This document shows, one piece after another, positions 14,801-26,800 of a stretch of 64,000 bases of DNA. The position numbers and the translations under genes are program-made. Each line of letters starts with the position of its first letter. The first letter of the stretch is position 1. A model generated the notes under the pieces. It ran no database searches, was not told the origin of the DNA, and saw only the letters and a list, made by a program, of their open reading frames with translations. The stretch is from Cycas panzhihuaensis (taxonomy: Eukaryota > Plantae > Cycadophyta), in the NCBI GenBank assembly GCA_023213395.1, contig CM041465.1, positions 190,409,741-190,473,740 on the forward strand. Reading direction: 5' to 3'.

Positions 14801-15049
14801 TCACTTAATTTGACTATAGGGCTAGTTTTTGTTGACCCTCTAAAATGTACCCTTTATGAGATAATTATTTAGACTAATTTGCAACTATTTGAAGTATTAT
14901 TTTATGAATTCAATAATCATTTTTACTTAGGTATTTATTTCTTTTATATCCCTTATATAAAATTATATCTGAACTACTTATCCATATCCAATACTAATCA
15001 TACCCCCTATGCTTCACTTCTTATTTTCATCTTATTAGTCTTTTACTAC

Positions 15050-15476
15050 TATTGGAGTTAATCATCATCACTCCACTCCCACCTTTCCAACCAGGATTGT
15101 ACACCTCATTAACTTCAAATTAGACATGTGATGCTCAACATGTCAAGGTAAGTTTAACTTTGATTTATGTTAAGTTGAGTTAGTTTCATTTGAGTTAAGT
15201 TAACATTATTTTATTATTATTTTGAATTCAGAGGTTGAGGAGTTTCTCTCCTCCCCCAAATTATAAATATTGAGGGGTGTGCAACCTTAGTGTCTTTAGA
15301 CACTGCCTCCTTATTAGAAATTTGTAATGCTCACTTCTCACAATGGCCTGAATACAATGATTTCATGTTTATACAACTATGATGTTATTGTGATACATTG
15401 ATGTATTGATGCAATATTAATTTATGGTTATTTGATATATGTTCTACCCTATTCTCCTACAAATATATTTCCTACA
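15050..15476 (+). repeat. 5' LTR of element D
   Basis: TATTGG (decayed TG)...TACA, followed by iMet PBS. Confidence 0.92.
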
Positions 15477-16814
15477 TTTGGTATCATAGTGGGCGATTAC
15501 TGATCTGTGAAGTTTTTTGTGAAGAAGAAAAGAGATTTACTCGTATTTGAAGCAGATTTGCTCACAGCAACAAATATTCAATTACATTCATTTTTCTGCA
15601 AGTTTTTTAGCAAGTTTCAATCATTAATGAGTTATATTGGTGATATAACAAATATTTTTAGGTTTATTTTTAGATTTATGTATATCTACGCAGGATTTCA
15701 GTAGTAAGCCATATTTGCTCAAGTTTTTTCACAGATTTGAGCCATATTTCTTCAGTTCTACATATTTTATCTTATATTTCATTATTATTTCAGCAATAAG
15801 TTATATATATTCAAGCTTTTTCTTATATTTGAGTTTTTTTTCTTACATCTATTATATTTCACTTCAGATCTGGTACATAGTCTACAGATATACTTGTTTC
15901 AATAGTTATTTGACCATTTCTCCAGTATACTCATTTAGATCTGTAATATTTGGCTATATATCTACTATACTCATGTCAGATCTGTAATATTTAGCTTAAA
16001 ATCTGTAATATTTTCTCAAGTTTTCTTTAGATCTGTTATATTCTCTTTCAGATCTATATTTTTTCATCATATATTTGATGATTTTTTTCAAGTTTGTTAC
16101 CTATCTATAATTTTTTAGGCATATTCAACCTTCTAAAAGAAGATAAACAATATATCTCACTTTTGCAAGTCAGTTACAACCACATTTACCAAGTTCTTCA
16201 ATTGTTTTTTAATTTTAAACACTTTTTTTTTTGCACTATTTGCTGTAATATATTTGAAAAGATCTCAAGTACAAGTGTATACATTTCATTTATTTGTTAT
16301 ACCTATGTCAAAATAATTAAAAATCTTCTAGTTTCACTTGGCTCTATTGATTTACCAGTCTTTCATCACGATTGTTATAGAAATCTTTTGAATATAGCTT
16401 AAGAATCTACAAACTGAAATCTTGATTTCAAAATAATCAAGCAATCCCTTGTTATTTATATAGAAGAAAATTCTTTGAATCATTTGTATATACCAAATCT
16501 TTGCATTGTTCTTTACCAACAACGGATTGAACACAAAATAGAAATAACGAATAAATCTTAGCCTGAAAAAGGCCACTATCTTGCATTTCTAGAAGTAGAT
16601 TTAAAACCATTTTATAATCATAAAAAACCATGTATTAAAGTAGAGTAATTGGTTTCTGTTAAGAACTATATTTATCCTTATAAATCTGGTTAGCACCAAA
16701 TACCTATCATACTCATTTTGGGCATATCCTGCAATCATTGCAGTTCATAGGATTCATTTTCATTATTCTCTTCATAAGGACATTAGTAGTGAAAAGAGCA
16801 TATGTGCTTGAGGC

Positions 16815-17376
16815 CTCTGCTAGGCCCTCCCTTAAGGTTCGGGGATCATAACCCAACTCTGTCTTTGCCTTTATACATGAATAAGTCCATTGATGCTTGA
16901 GAACATAGACAGTCGGATAGCTAATAAGAGGAAGTTTCCCTATAATTAGAGCCCAAAAGACTGAGAGCCATCCATATATTTCTTCCGCCAATTATGCCTT
17001 TATGCATTACTGCTACATGGCCATATGCAACATCGTCAACATGGGAAAATAATACCTTAGCAGCCCCATTACCAACGTAACCAGGCAAGCATCTATTAAA
17101 ACGTTCAACTATCATATGAGCAATAATATTTCTTGCAGTAAGTTTTCCAGGCCCATATATGACACCTGGATAAAGTAGCACAATAGGTAACCCTTCAATT
17201 ACTGCTTGTTGTGCGATTCCATCAGCCACAGCCTTGGACTTCTCATATTCCGTGTAGTAGAATTTTCCAGGATGTACCTATCTTTTATCTGAAATGTAAC
17301 CATCAGTTGATTCAAGAGCAAAAAATGAAGAAGTGTAAATCAATTTTTGAAGCGTAGCTGTGTGCCTCACAGTTTC
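16815..17376 (-). pseudogene. FLDH: Intronless partial retrocopy of farnesol dehydrogenase / NAD(P)-dependent epimerase-dehydratase (extended SDR)
   Basis: Minus-strand translation ETVRHTATLQKLIYTSSFFALESTDG..*VHPGKFYYTEYEKSKAVAD..LLYPGVIYGPGKLT..VERFNRCLPGYVG..FSHVDDVAYGH // IYGWLSV..GKLPLISYPTVYVLKHQWTYSCIKAKTELGYDPRTLREGLAE. This matches my recollection of plant FLDH, including the YxxxK motif. One TAG (17278-17280), an internal deletion with frameshift at ~16983, no N-terminal Rossmann GxxGxxG. Confidence 0.88.
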
Positions 17377-17939
17377 ACTTACAAATATGAACGCCACTTA
17401 CCCATTACCAGGTATACGGCTGTATATTATTCATAGCGATTAGATACGCGATCATTTTGATCTGGTTGTCGTGGATTGTAAGTCTTCCATTATCTCTACT
17501 GTGTGGCATTCCAGAACTTCAACCTTCGATATTGTTGTTAGTCTTCAAGCTTTGGTTTATAACGGCTCATGCAGTCCATGGACAGGTTTTAGAGGGCACT
17601 TCAGTAGCCATCTCCACGTGAGGCTGCGTGCAGAATGGTATGCAGTGTGCAGGCCGCAGCTACGGGCAGTGGGATAGCAGGTGCAGTAGCGCCATTCAAA
17701 TTCTTTTATTTTTTTAACTTTTTAATTTTTTATAAAATTTAAAAAAAAATAAATTTTATTATATAAAATCTCAAGTCTAGGGTTTAAAGGGGTTAAGCCC
17801 CATTTTATCTCAGTCCCCGGTCTCATTCCACCATCACGTGACCATTAGTCACTTCAAAAAGGAGCTTTCCACTCTTTTATATAAACGTTTTTCTTTTTAT
17901 TTTTAAAATTTTTTATTTTTATATAGGGTTATTAGCATT

Positions 17940-18790
17940 TTTTTGTCATAACTCCTCACTGAGAGATTAGTTTCAGACAAAACTACTTTCATTAGGTTGA
18001 AAATTTTCTGTAGATAAATTTTGACTGGTCATATGACCAATTTGGTGATAATTTGACCCCGTTTCAGTCGATTTAAAGTCAATCAGCCTTTTTCCAATTT
18101 TTTACAAAATTATTTTTTGAACTGGCTGTATTTTATTACCTGGAAACTATTTTCTACCTAAATTTATTCTACATTGATCTATGTTCAACAAACTTCATTA
18201 CCCATATTTTATTTTATTTTTTTGAATTTATTTTGACCATTATTTTAATCGTTGAAATTGACATTTTAGTGGTTTTTAGCATTTTTTTAACATTTTTACA
18301 TAAAGGTACTTGTTACTGTTTTTACTATAACTTTTCTGTTTGACATCTAAATTTAGTTCCGTCAGTTTCATTGGGAATTTAACTCATTCCCCTTCAAACT
18401 GACATATTCTTTCATATGTTTTAAGGTGATTTTACTTATTTTTAAATCCATTAAATTTGGACTACTTAATAGCCCAAATCTGTCATTTTTTGCATATTTT
18501 TATATAAAAATTTTCAAAAAATTTCAACCAAAAATATATTTAGTAGTTTTACAAAACATATTTGATCATTTTTTCAATACTTTCTAAAGTTTTATTAGCA
18601 ATTTTGAACTCCCCACTCCTATTAGGCCTTAAAACAAGGCATGCTTACTTTGGATCATCAAAACTTAACTTATAGGAACCCGTTTTCAAAACGATCAGTT
18701 CTGTTGGATTCATATTTTGTTTATCCTCATACTCGTAAAGTTTCACATCATTTTGATATCATTTAGTATATTTTTGAAGCTGTCAAACTT
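17940..18790. repeat. Degenerate ~180-190 bp tandem units in the leader of element D
   Basis: ataact/aaact motifs recur at ~17948, 18143, 18327 and 18665, each followed by similar aaa..ttcat/ttgg segments. Seen by eye only. Confidence 0.35.
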
Positions 18791-19178
18791 AAGGTTGTCC
18801 CCTAACCCTTCTTTTAAAAAGTTTCTTTATACTCCTTATCTTTCAAAGTAAAATATACATATATTTCAATTTTTCTAGTATTATATATTATCATCAAGGC
18901 TACGGATTTCTTGAATTAAGAATTTACATTTATTTATTTGAAGAAAATCTAAAGGTTAAGGTCTTATTTCAAATTGGTATTTTTAAAAGAATATTGGTAT
19001 ATGTTTTCAAAGTTGCTTCTATATTCATTATTTCTTTATTACATTTAGTTCATTTATTTTCAAAAGGTATTACATTTCTTTTGAAGAGTATATTTGATAT
19101 CATACAAGTTTAGTCACTTATTAACTTTATTTGATTTCATAAAAGCATCTTTTATATGTTCTAAAGTTTTTTTATAAC

Positions 19179-19430
19179 ATGGCACAATTACCTATAATTG
19201 ATGGGCAAAATTTTTTAGAATGGCATAAGCTTATGAAGAATTATTTTATTGCACATAATCTATGGAAGATGACTATGATGTTATTATTAAGGAAAATATT
19301 AGAAAGGATAATGAAGCATTAGGATTATTATTTTGTATTATGAATGCTGATGTTTTTTCAAGGGTTTATGAATTAACAACTTCTAAATCAGCTTAGAATG
19401 TATTGATTTCTACTTATGGGGGAGATACCC
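19179..19430 (+). pseudogene. Copia Gag N-terminal fragment
   Basis: MAQLPIIDGQNFLEWHKLMKNYFIAHNLWKM, then ..RKDNEALGLLFCIMNADVFSRV..TTSKSA*NVL: typical copia Gag start. Confidence 0.75.
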
Positions 19431-19913
19431 TCCATGTATTTGATGATAGTTTTGTTGAGTATGTGAGATAGGTGATAGAACAAGTGGATCATGATGATAA
19501 AACCAATGAAGATTCAGAACAAATGCAGGACCAACTTGCTACACAAGGATTTGATCCTCCATTTGAGGGGGAGAATGAAAATGAATCCTATAATATGATG
19601 GAGAATAAATCTGATATGACGAAAAAGGAATCTTATGATATGACAGTTGTTGATAGCATACAGATTATAAAAGATAAAGTTCAAATTCAAATTTTTCTTA
19701 ATGTTTAAGTTGACAAAGTCAAAATTGCATCTATACATATATACTTGAATCAAACATACAGTTTCTTTGCATCATACCTTGGTTAAGAGATATATTTTGC
19801 AAGAAGGTTGAAGTATGTTAATGAAGATCAAAATTTTAAAGTTTTTTTCAAGTACAAATTCCATAAGTTTAAAGAAAAGATACAAGTGTTCATGATGACA
19901 TTAAGGGGGAGAA

Positions 19914-20350
19914 TGTTGGAGTTAATCGTCATCACTCCACTCCCACCTTTCTAACTAGGATTGTACACCTCATCAACTTCAATTTAGACATGTGATGCTC
20001 AACATGTCAAGGTAAGTTAAGGTAAATTTAACTTTGATTTATGTTAAGTTGAGTTAGTTTCATTTGAGTTAAGTTAACATTATTTTATTATTATTTTGAA
20101 TTCAGGGGTTGAGAAGTTTTTCTCCTCTCCCAAATTATAAATATTGAGGGGTGTGCAACCTTACTGTCTTTAAACACTACCTCCTTATTGAAAATTTGTA
20201 ATGCTCACTTCTCACAATGGCTTGAATACAATGATTTCATGTTTATGCAACTATGATACTATTGTGATACATTGATGTATTGATGTAATATTGATTTATG
20301 GTTATTTGATATATGTTCTTCCCTGTTCTCCTGTAAATGTATTTCCTGCA
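19914..20350 (+). repeat. 3' LTR of element D
   Basis: TGTTGG...TGCA after the PPT; has an extra 10-bp duplication near 20010 relative to the 5' LTR. Confidence 0.92.
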
Positions 20351-20578
20351 GCTACTTAGCCCTTTTCTTCCTTTATTTCATCATCTCTTTGTAATACTTT
20401 ACGCCCAATTTTTACTTCCTATATATCAGCCCCATATGTTTCTATTTATACATCACAATCTCACTCTAAAGCAACATTACACCTACTCTCTTATCATCTT
20501 ATTATAGCCCATAATGACTAATATTTATTTCTCCTATATGTCATTTTTTGATTGCCATGTATACTACTACAAGAGCAT

Positions 20579-20581
<3 letters not shown>

Positions 20582-20639
<58 letters not shown>
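20582..20639. repeat. (TC)18(TA)11 microsatellite inside the CRM 5' LTR
   Basis: Direct reading. Confidence 0.97.
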
Positions 20640-21283
20640 CACACATAAGACTTAGGAGGTTTTGTTCTTGAAATAGTCCACATAATAAAGTAGTCTTAGC
20701 ATGCTTTACAGTGAAGATTTTACAAAATGATGGGGTGGAAATTTGTTTAGTATTCATGAAGTATATATATATGTGTATGTGTGTGTGTGTGTGTGTGTGT
20801 ATGTTTATGTATCTCATGATTTACTCTTCACAAGAAGCATCTTTCGATAAGGTATAATAGGAAGATTAATTGCTATGAGTTGTGAGTCCTTAATATGGCA
20901 AGTCATAAATAGATCATGGACATCGATTGGAAGGAACACATGGTTACATTAAGACCAATTTACAAGTGGGCTAAATGCTTGAAAGAGTAAAGGAATTTTT
21001 AAAATTTTATGAAGGATTATATCATAATTAAAATACCATTATCAAAATGAAAGACATGTAGTACCATCATAGCAACTTTGCATTTAAAAGGTTTTCACAT
21101 AACATTAATTATGAGTAGATAAAGTGTGAAGCAAATCTTAACATGACATGTGGGTAATTCACAAAATTATAGAGACATAAGAAAAGTAAGAATTGTATAA
21201 GAAGGAGTTGATCAATCATTGGCCATGGTAATAAATCACGATCAACTATTTGTATAAGCATTATAAGATTTGGTGATATCATA

Positions 21284-23857
21284 TGTCACGACCCTACTAG
21301 ATCACTTAACACTCATGACTCTACCTCAATGAATTTCACCTAAGTTATTCAATAAGCTAATTCTAAACTATTTAAGTCTTAAGTTTATAAAATATTATTT
21401 CAAATATGGAATTTATAATGGAATATAGTTTGCCTAATAGATGCAGCAAATCTAAGTGGAAAGAGATTCTTTTACACTTTCAATGAGGTCTCTTTCATAA
21501 TTAACAATTATTACAAAATAAATCATAAGAAGCCAAAATAATCAGTTCAATAATAATTTGTCTTATATATAATCAACTAAATTGAGAAAGGAGGCTAACT
21601 AGATTATAGTAGAGGAATTCATTACTTAACCAATCATAATCCTAAAGAGGAAAGTGGCCCTAAGCTAAATCACATGATATAAATACTAGAGTACTGATGT
21701 TTCACTCTTTACTCGATCCCCTTAGATATCTATTTACATAAGTTATCATTGAAATGTCAATTTATGTAACTAGACACTATTTTAATATTTTAACCTCTAC
21801 TATAATATTTTAACTTATACACTTTTCTTATCCTTTAAGATAAAAGTTAAAAAATTCCATCTACATATGGCTCACCATAGAGATAATCTTGATGGACTAC
21901 CTCATTGTGTAACACGTGTGTTCCATACCATACAACCAATCCTAAATAATATGTGGACTCACTCCACCCTCAAAGAAAATATGGATTGACTCCTCTCTTA
22001 ATGAAAAAGGGGACTCACTCTGCCTAATTTTGTTTATAAATAATGACAACTAGAGTATAGAGGGCAGCTCTCTACTTTATCTAAAATTATTATTTAACAC
22101 CCATAAAATAGTCCAAAGAGATTAAATGAGAGATCAAGCACACACTTATGACACTCATAATCATGTCCCTTATATGGGATGGTAATGGTTACTAAGACCA
22201 ATATAGATAGAACTGTCTCAATTCTTATGCATGTAAAAATAACTAAAGGGTAATCACTCAACTCTTATGCACATAGAAATAACTAGAGTAGAGCACACCC
22301 ACTTAACCTTATCTTAAAATTATTTGAATAAACTCCCCTAACTAAGTTATAGTACTTTGTATACAAGGAGTTCTTAACCACTTTTTTGAAATCTATAATA
22401 AGTTTTCATGAAAGAATAAGAACTCTATCTAGTATGCCTTTCTATAAATAAAAAGTATAACTTTAATTGTTTGACTTAGAATAACTTTTCATGCAGTTAT
22501 GGATAATTCATAAAATCCCTAACATTAGTTACAAGCACCTTTTATCTACTAAATATCTAAAAATTAGATCTAATCTCCAAGTTTACTCCCTTAAAACCTA
22601 TCTTATTATTACTTTCTCTTTCATAGAACTTACATTTTTGCCTCAAAATTCTTCTAGCATCCAAAAACTATAGCATAAACTAAAAGATACCTTCTTACTT
22701 ATATTTTTAGACTATACCTCCTCATATGCATGATTTGTTTCCCTATCATTAATTCCATTAAGAATAAGTGGAGAAATATATGTTTTTGTAGCTGTAAAAG
22801 TGCTCATAATGGTTACAAATGTGTATGTAGTTCTTGTTGTTAAAATAACTATAAACTACCCACTACATCCATTTTCCAAAAATGTCTTCTTATAGGGGAT
22901 TTTAGAGTGGCCCATACCTATCTAATCATCTAAATGGATTTAATTCAATCTGAATGAAACTACTCTAATGTGATTTGAACTATAAATAAAGAAGTTATGA
23001 GTAGAACTATGGGAAGCTACCATTTGTCCCTTTGATTTTATATTTCTATAACTTTTCAAGTGATTATTTTTTCCTCAAAGACTTATCTATGGGTTTATAA
23101 GAAATACCCTTTCTTAACTATTTACCTATATGTGCATTTGTGAACTTGTAGGCAACTTTTCTTTTTTCATAATTTTATATTCATGCATTTTGAGTCCACC
23201 TCTCAATGACCCATTTATAAAGTCATGAGAAATGTTTTATTCAATAAGACTTAACTCAAATGTCTACTTAGAATTTTTATAAATTTTCACTATAGTATCT
23301 ATTTTCAATGCTTCAACAACCATTGTAAATCTTGTAGCCTATTCTTTAACTAAATGGGGTATTTCTCTGGAAATTTTGTCCATCAATTATACTCTTATAT
23401 CTTAAAGTTGTTATATGTATTTTTGTATTTGTCTTTTACCATTATAATAAATGTATCTCTCTATTCTTTCATTGTTCATATTGTGTGCTAGTTTGTATAT
23501 ATTATTCCTTTAAGTAATTTAGTTTGCTTTTGTATTATGCAAGCCATAACAAAATAACATAAAGAAATTATATTAATAAAGGTGTTAGAAAAGAAACCCT
23601 ACACCTTAAATCTTGATATAACATAACCTAACATAAAATATTAACTAATATAAATAACTAAAAATAGTGCATCCTCATACTTGGTAGAGCATGGAATAAA
23701 CTTGTACCTTATATAGGGTGAATAACACTATAAAACAAAGAAGATTTATAATTGAATAAGATATAGGGTAAATAAAAATTTTATATGCATACATAGTTGA
23801 GAGCTAACCTACTTAATAAAAAAAAAAAATTAAGTCATTTAAGGTTGGGTCCTTATA
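21284..23857. mobile_element. ~2.6-kb solo LTR inserted in the CRM 5' LTR
   Basis: Absent from the CRM 3' LTR at the homologous site (~29820). Termini TGTCACGACCC ... GGGTCCTTATA form an imperfect inverted repeat. Flanks tcata/gtgta can be reconciled as NCGTA with CpG decay. No coding motifs inside. Confidence 0.75.
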
Positions 23858-26800
23858 GTGTATATGTTGATCTAGTGCTAGTTACATTTTTAAGATAGGG
23901 ATTATTATATACTTAGTATATATTAAATTATGGGAAAAATATAGTACTTCCTAATAACACCATTAAAGACACTGTGCAAAAGAGGCTCAATCAATACTGA
24001 AATCCATAGTATATATCCTAGAGCTGTAGTTGATGACTAGTAGAATAAAAAGAAAATATAAGTAAGGATATATGGGACTTAGGCTAAATTAGAGGGAGTT
24101 TATTTTGCCCCCTTAACACTTAAAAAGATGTTTTTCCTTCTTATCTTTTAACTTTTTAAGCAATGGTTTAGTAGAGAAGAAAGGAGAGCAACACTTAGTA
24201 GAGCTACATAATGTAATCTTAGCCCTTCTAGGCATTTCCTTTATAATGTACAATTATAACTATTAATTAAACTTTTCTTTTGGAAAGGTCTTAGTTGAAC
24301 TACTATGTGTCGTGAGTTAATATTATATTTATTTATTATTAAACCCCTTTTATTTTTTAAAGGTATTGAGTCATTTGGAAATTAGTGCATTATGAGGATT
24401 AACAGAGAGAACTATATTAGTTTAGTATCATAATAAATGTTACCCAATAGATGAAGTATTTATAAGTCAATAAGCCCAAGTAAACTATCTCTACCATTTA
24501 TAGCTAAGTCTAAGTTTAAAAATAAACTTTACAAAATATTTAAAAAAAAATACAATATAAGCAAGAGTAATATTCTATAAAGATTCTAAAATTTCAAAGA
24601 GGAAAGGAGAAAAAGGGGAAGAGAGTAAACTAGGGTTAGGAGACAACTTAGAGTTAAAGTAAGAGGAGATTAGAGATGAATAATAAGAATAAGATTAATG
24701 AATATTAAGAAATTATTGGTTAAGTACTTAAGTAAGTAGAAGAGTTTAGTAAAAATGATGATTTTAGACTTTAGAGGAAATTTAAAGGTTAAGGAGTTGT
24801 TAGATTGGATAACTACAATGGAGAAATACTTTAATTAGGATGAGATGAAATATATGAGGTGTATGAAGTCTGTAGATAATAAGATAAAGGAACATATAAC
24901 ATTATAGTAGGAGTATTTATAGAAGGATAGAGAGGGGAATGGCCAACCTAAGGTTGCCATGTGGAGTGTTATAATAACTAAGATAAAGGAAAAATTTAAA
25001 CCTCTAGATTATAGTCAAGATTTATTTAAGTAATAATAGAACTTAAGGTAGAGGGATAAGAGTGTTCTAAAGTATATAAAGGATGTTTATAGGTTGCCCA
25101 TCAAAACTAGACATAATGAGAATAAGGAGAAAAAGATAATTAGATTTATAAATAGACTAAGTTATATCATTCAGGATGAACTTAATTTGCATAGAGTAAG
25201 GTATATTAATAAGACCTACTAGATGGCTCTAATAGTTGAAGATAAACTAACTAGAAGGACATTAGTGACTAATTGAGGAAGTGCACCACAACAAAGAGGA
25301 CATGGAGGTTATAAATATGTAATTCATGAAAATGATCTTAGATTTGATAGGCCAAAGAATTATATGACATATTTACCACCTAAAGAAAGAGGTGGATATA
25401 TTTCTTTAAGAGGAAAATGATGAGATAACCACATTTAACCAAGAAGTTATTAATTTTCAAGTAGAATTCTTATAACAAGGAGAACCCTTGGATATTATAA
25501 TTATAGATTAGAAGATCATAAGGCATGTGAACATACCTTAAGAAGTGAAGATAAAACAAGAAGTAAAGAGCTAAAACCAAATCTTATAGAGGAAGGAGAA
25601 AGAACTAAAACTTCAATGCCTTCTACTTCTATATATTTAGAATAATGGCTGGTCAATTAGATGCTATTAATAGCAATTTGCTTAAACAAAAGAAAGTAAG
25701 TTGATACAGAGGAACTAAAGGATAAAAAGTGAATTTGTAGGTCTTGATGTGAAATAAGAGGTAAGTTTTATAAACTAATTATTGATAGAGGAAGTAATAA
25801 ATACACAATATCTTTAGATGTAGTGTAAGAACTAAATCTTCCATCTAAGAAGTACAAGGTTCCTTATAAAATGTCATGGTTTAAAGCAGTTAAGACCATT
25901 ACTAGGGAGAAATATTTTATAGTGTTTTGCATTAGAGATTATAAAGATGAGGTGTGGTTTATGTAATTACCATGTATACATGCTATGTATTAGTAGGAAG
26001 ACCATGGAGGTTTGACCAAAGAGTCATCCATGATATTATAAAGAAATCCTATACCATATCCAAGTAAGGAAGGAAGTTTATATTAATACTAGTGAGAGGT
26101 GAAGAGCAAGAGGTGATAGTGCTTTTAAGAAAGAAATTTATTAAGGAAGTTTACATAATTGGTATATATTATAAACTTGTATTGAGAAAGGTTAAGGAAG
26201 GATAATGTGAATGAATAACTAAATGAGTGGAGAAACTCTTAAGTAATTGAGAAGACATCATACTAAAGGAATTGCTAATAGGTTTGCCATTACTAAGGGA
26301 TAGAAGTCATTACATTGATCTATTTCCTAGTTCAAAACTTCATAATTAATGGCTACATTGATTAAGTCCTTAAGAGCATAAATAAGTTAATAAGTAAGTA
26401 CAAAAACTATTGAAAAAGGGTTTAGTAAGGGAAAGTTTAAGCCTTTATTCTACATCTGTGCTTCTCACCACTAAGAAGGATGGAACTTGTAGAATATATG
26501 CTTATTTAAGAGACACCAATACTATTACCATTAAGCATCATCTTCCTTTACTAAAAATGGACGATATGATGGTTGTGCTTATAATAGAAAGGTATTTTTC
26601 AAATATTGACGTTCAAAGTGGTTATCATCATATTTTCATTGAAGAAGGAGATGGATAGAAAATTATATTCAAGACTAGAGATGGCTTATAGGAATGGCTA
26701 GCTATGCCATTTAGGCTTACAAAAACACTAAGTGCACCCATGAGATTGATGGATGTGGTATTAAATCCATATCTTAATACACTCATAACCATTTATTTCA

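Larger units (their letters stand above)
15050..20350 (+). mobile_element. Non-autonomous copia-derived LTR element (D) carrying a captured host retrocopy
   Basis: LTRs 15050-15476 and 19914-20350, clearly alignable with mostly transitions. TSD actac/gctac. PBS tggtatcatagt ~15479. PPT aagggggagaa 19903-19913. Only a gag N-terminus is present; no PR/INT/RT/RH. Confidence 0.92.

Noticed and set aside
16713-17229. Functional dihydroflavonol reductase/FLDH gene
   Set aside because: No N-terminal NAD-binding motif, a stop, an internal deletion, and it lies inside an LTR element. The motifs fit FLDH rather than DFR.
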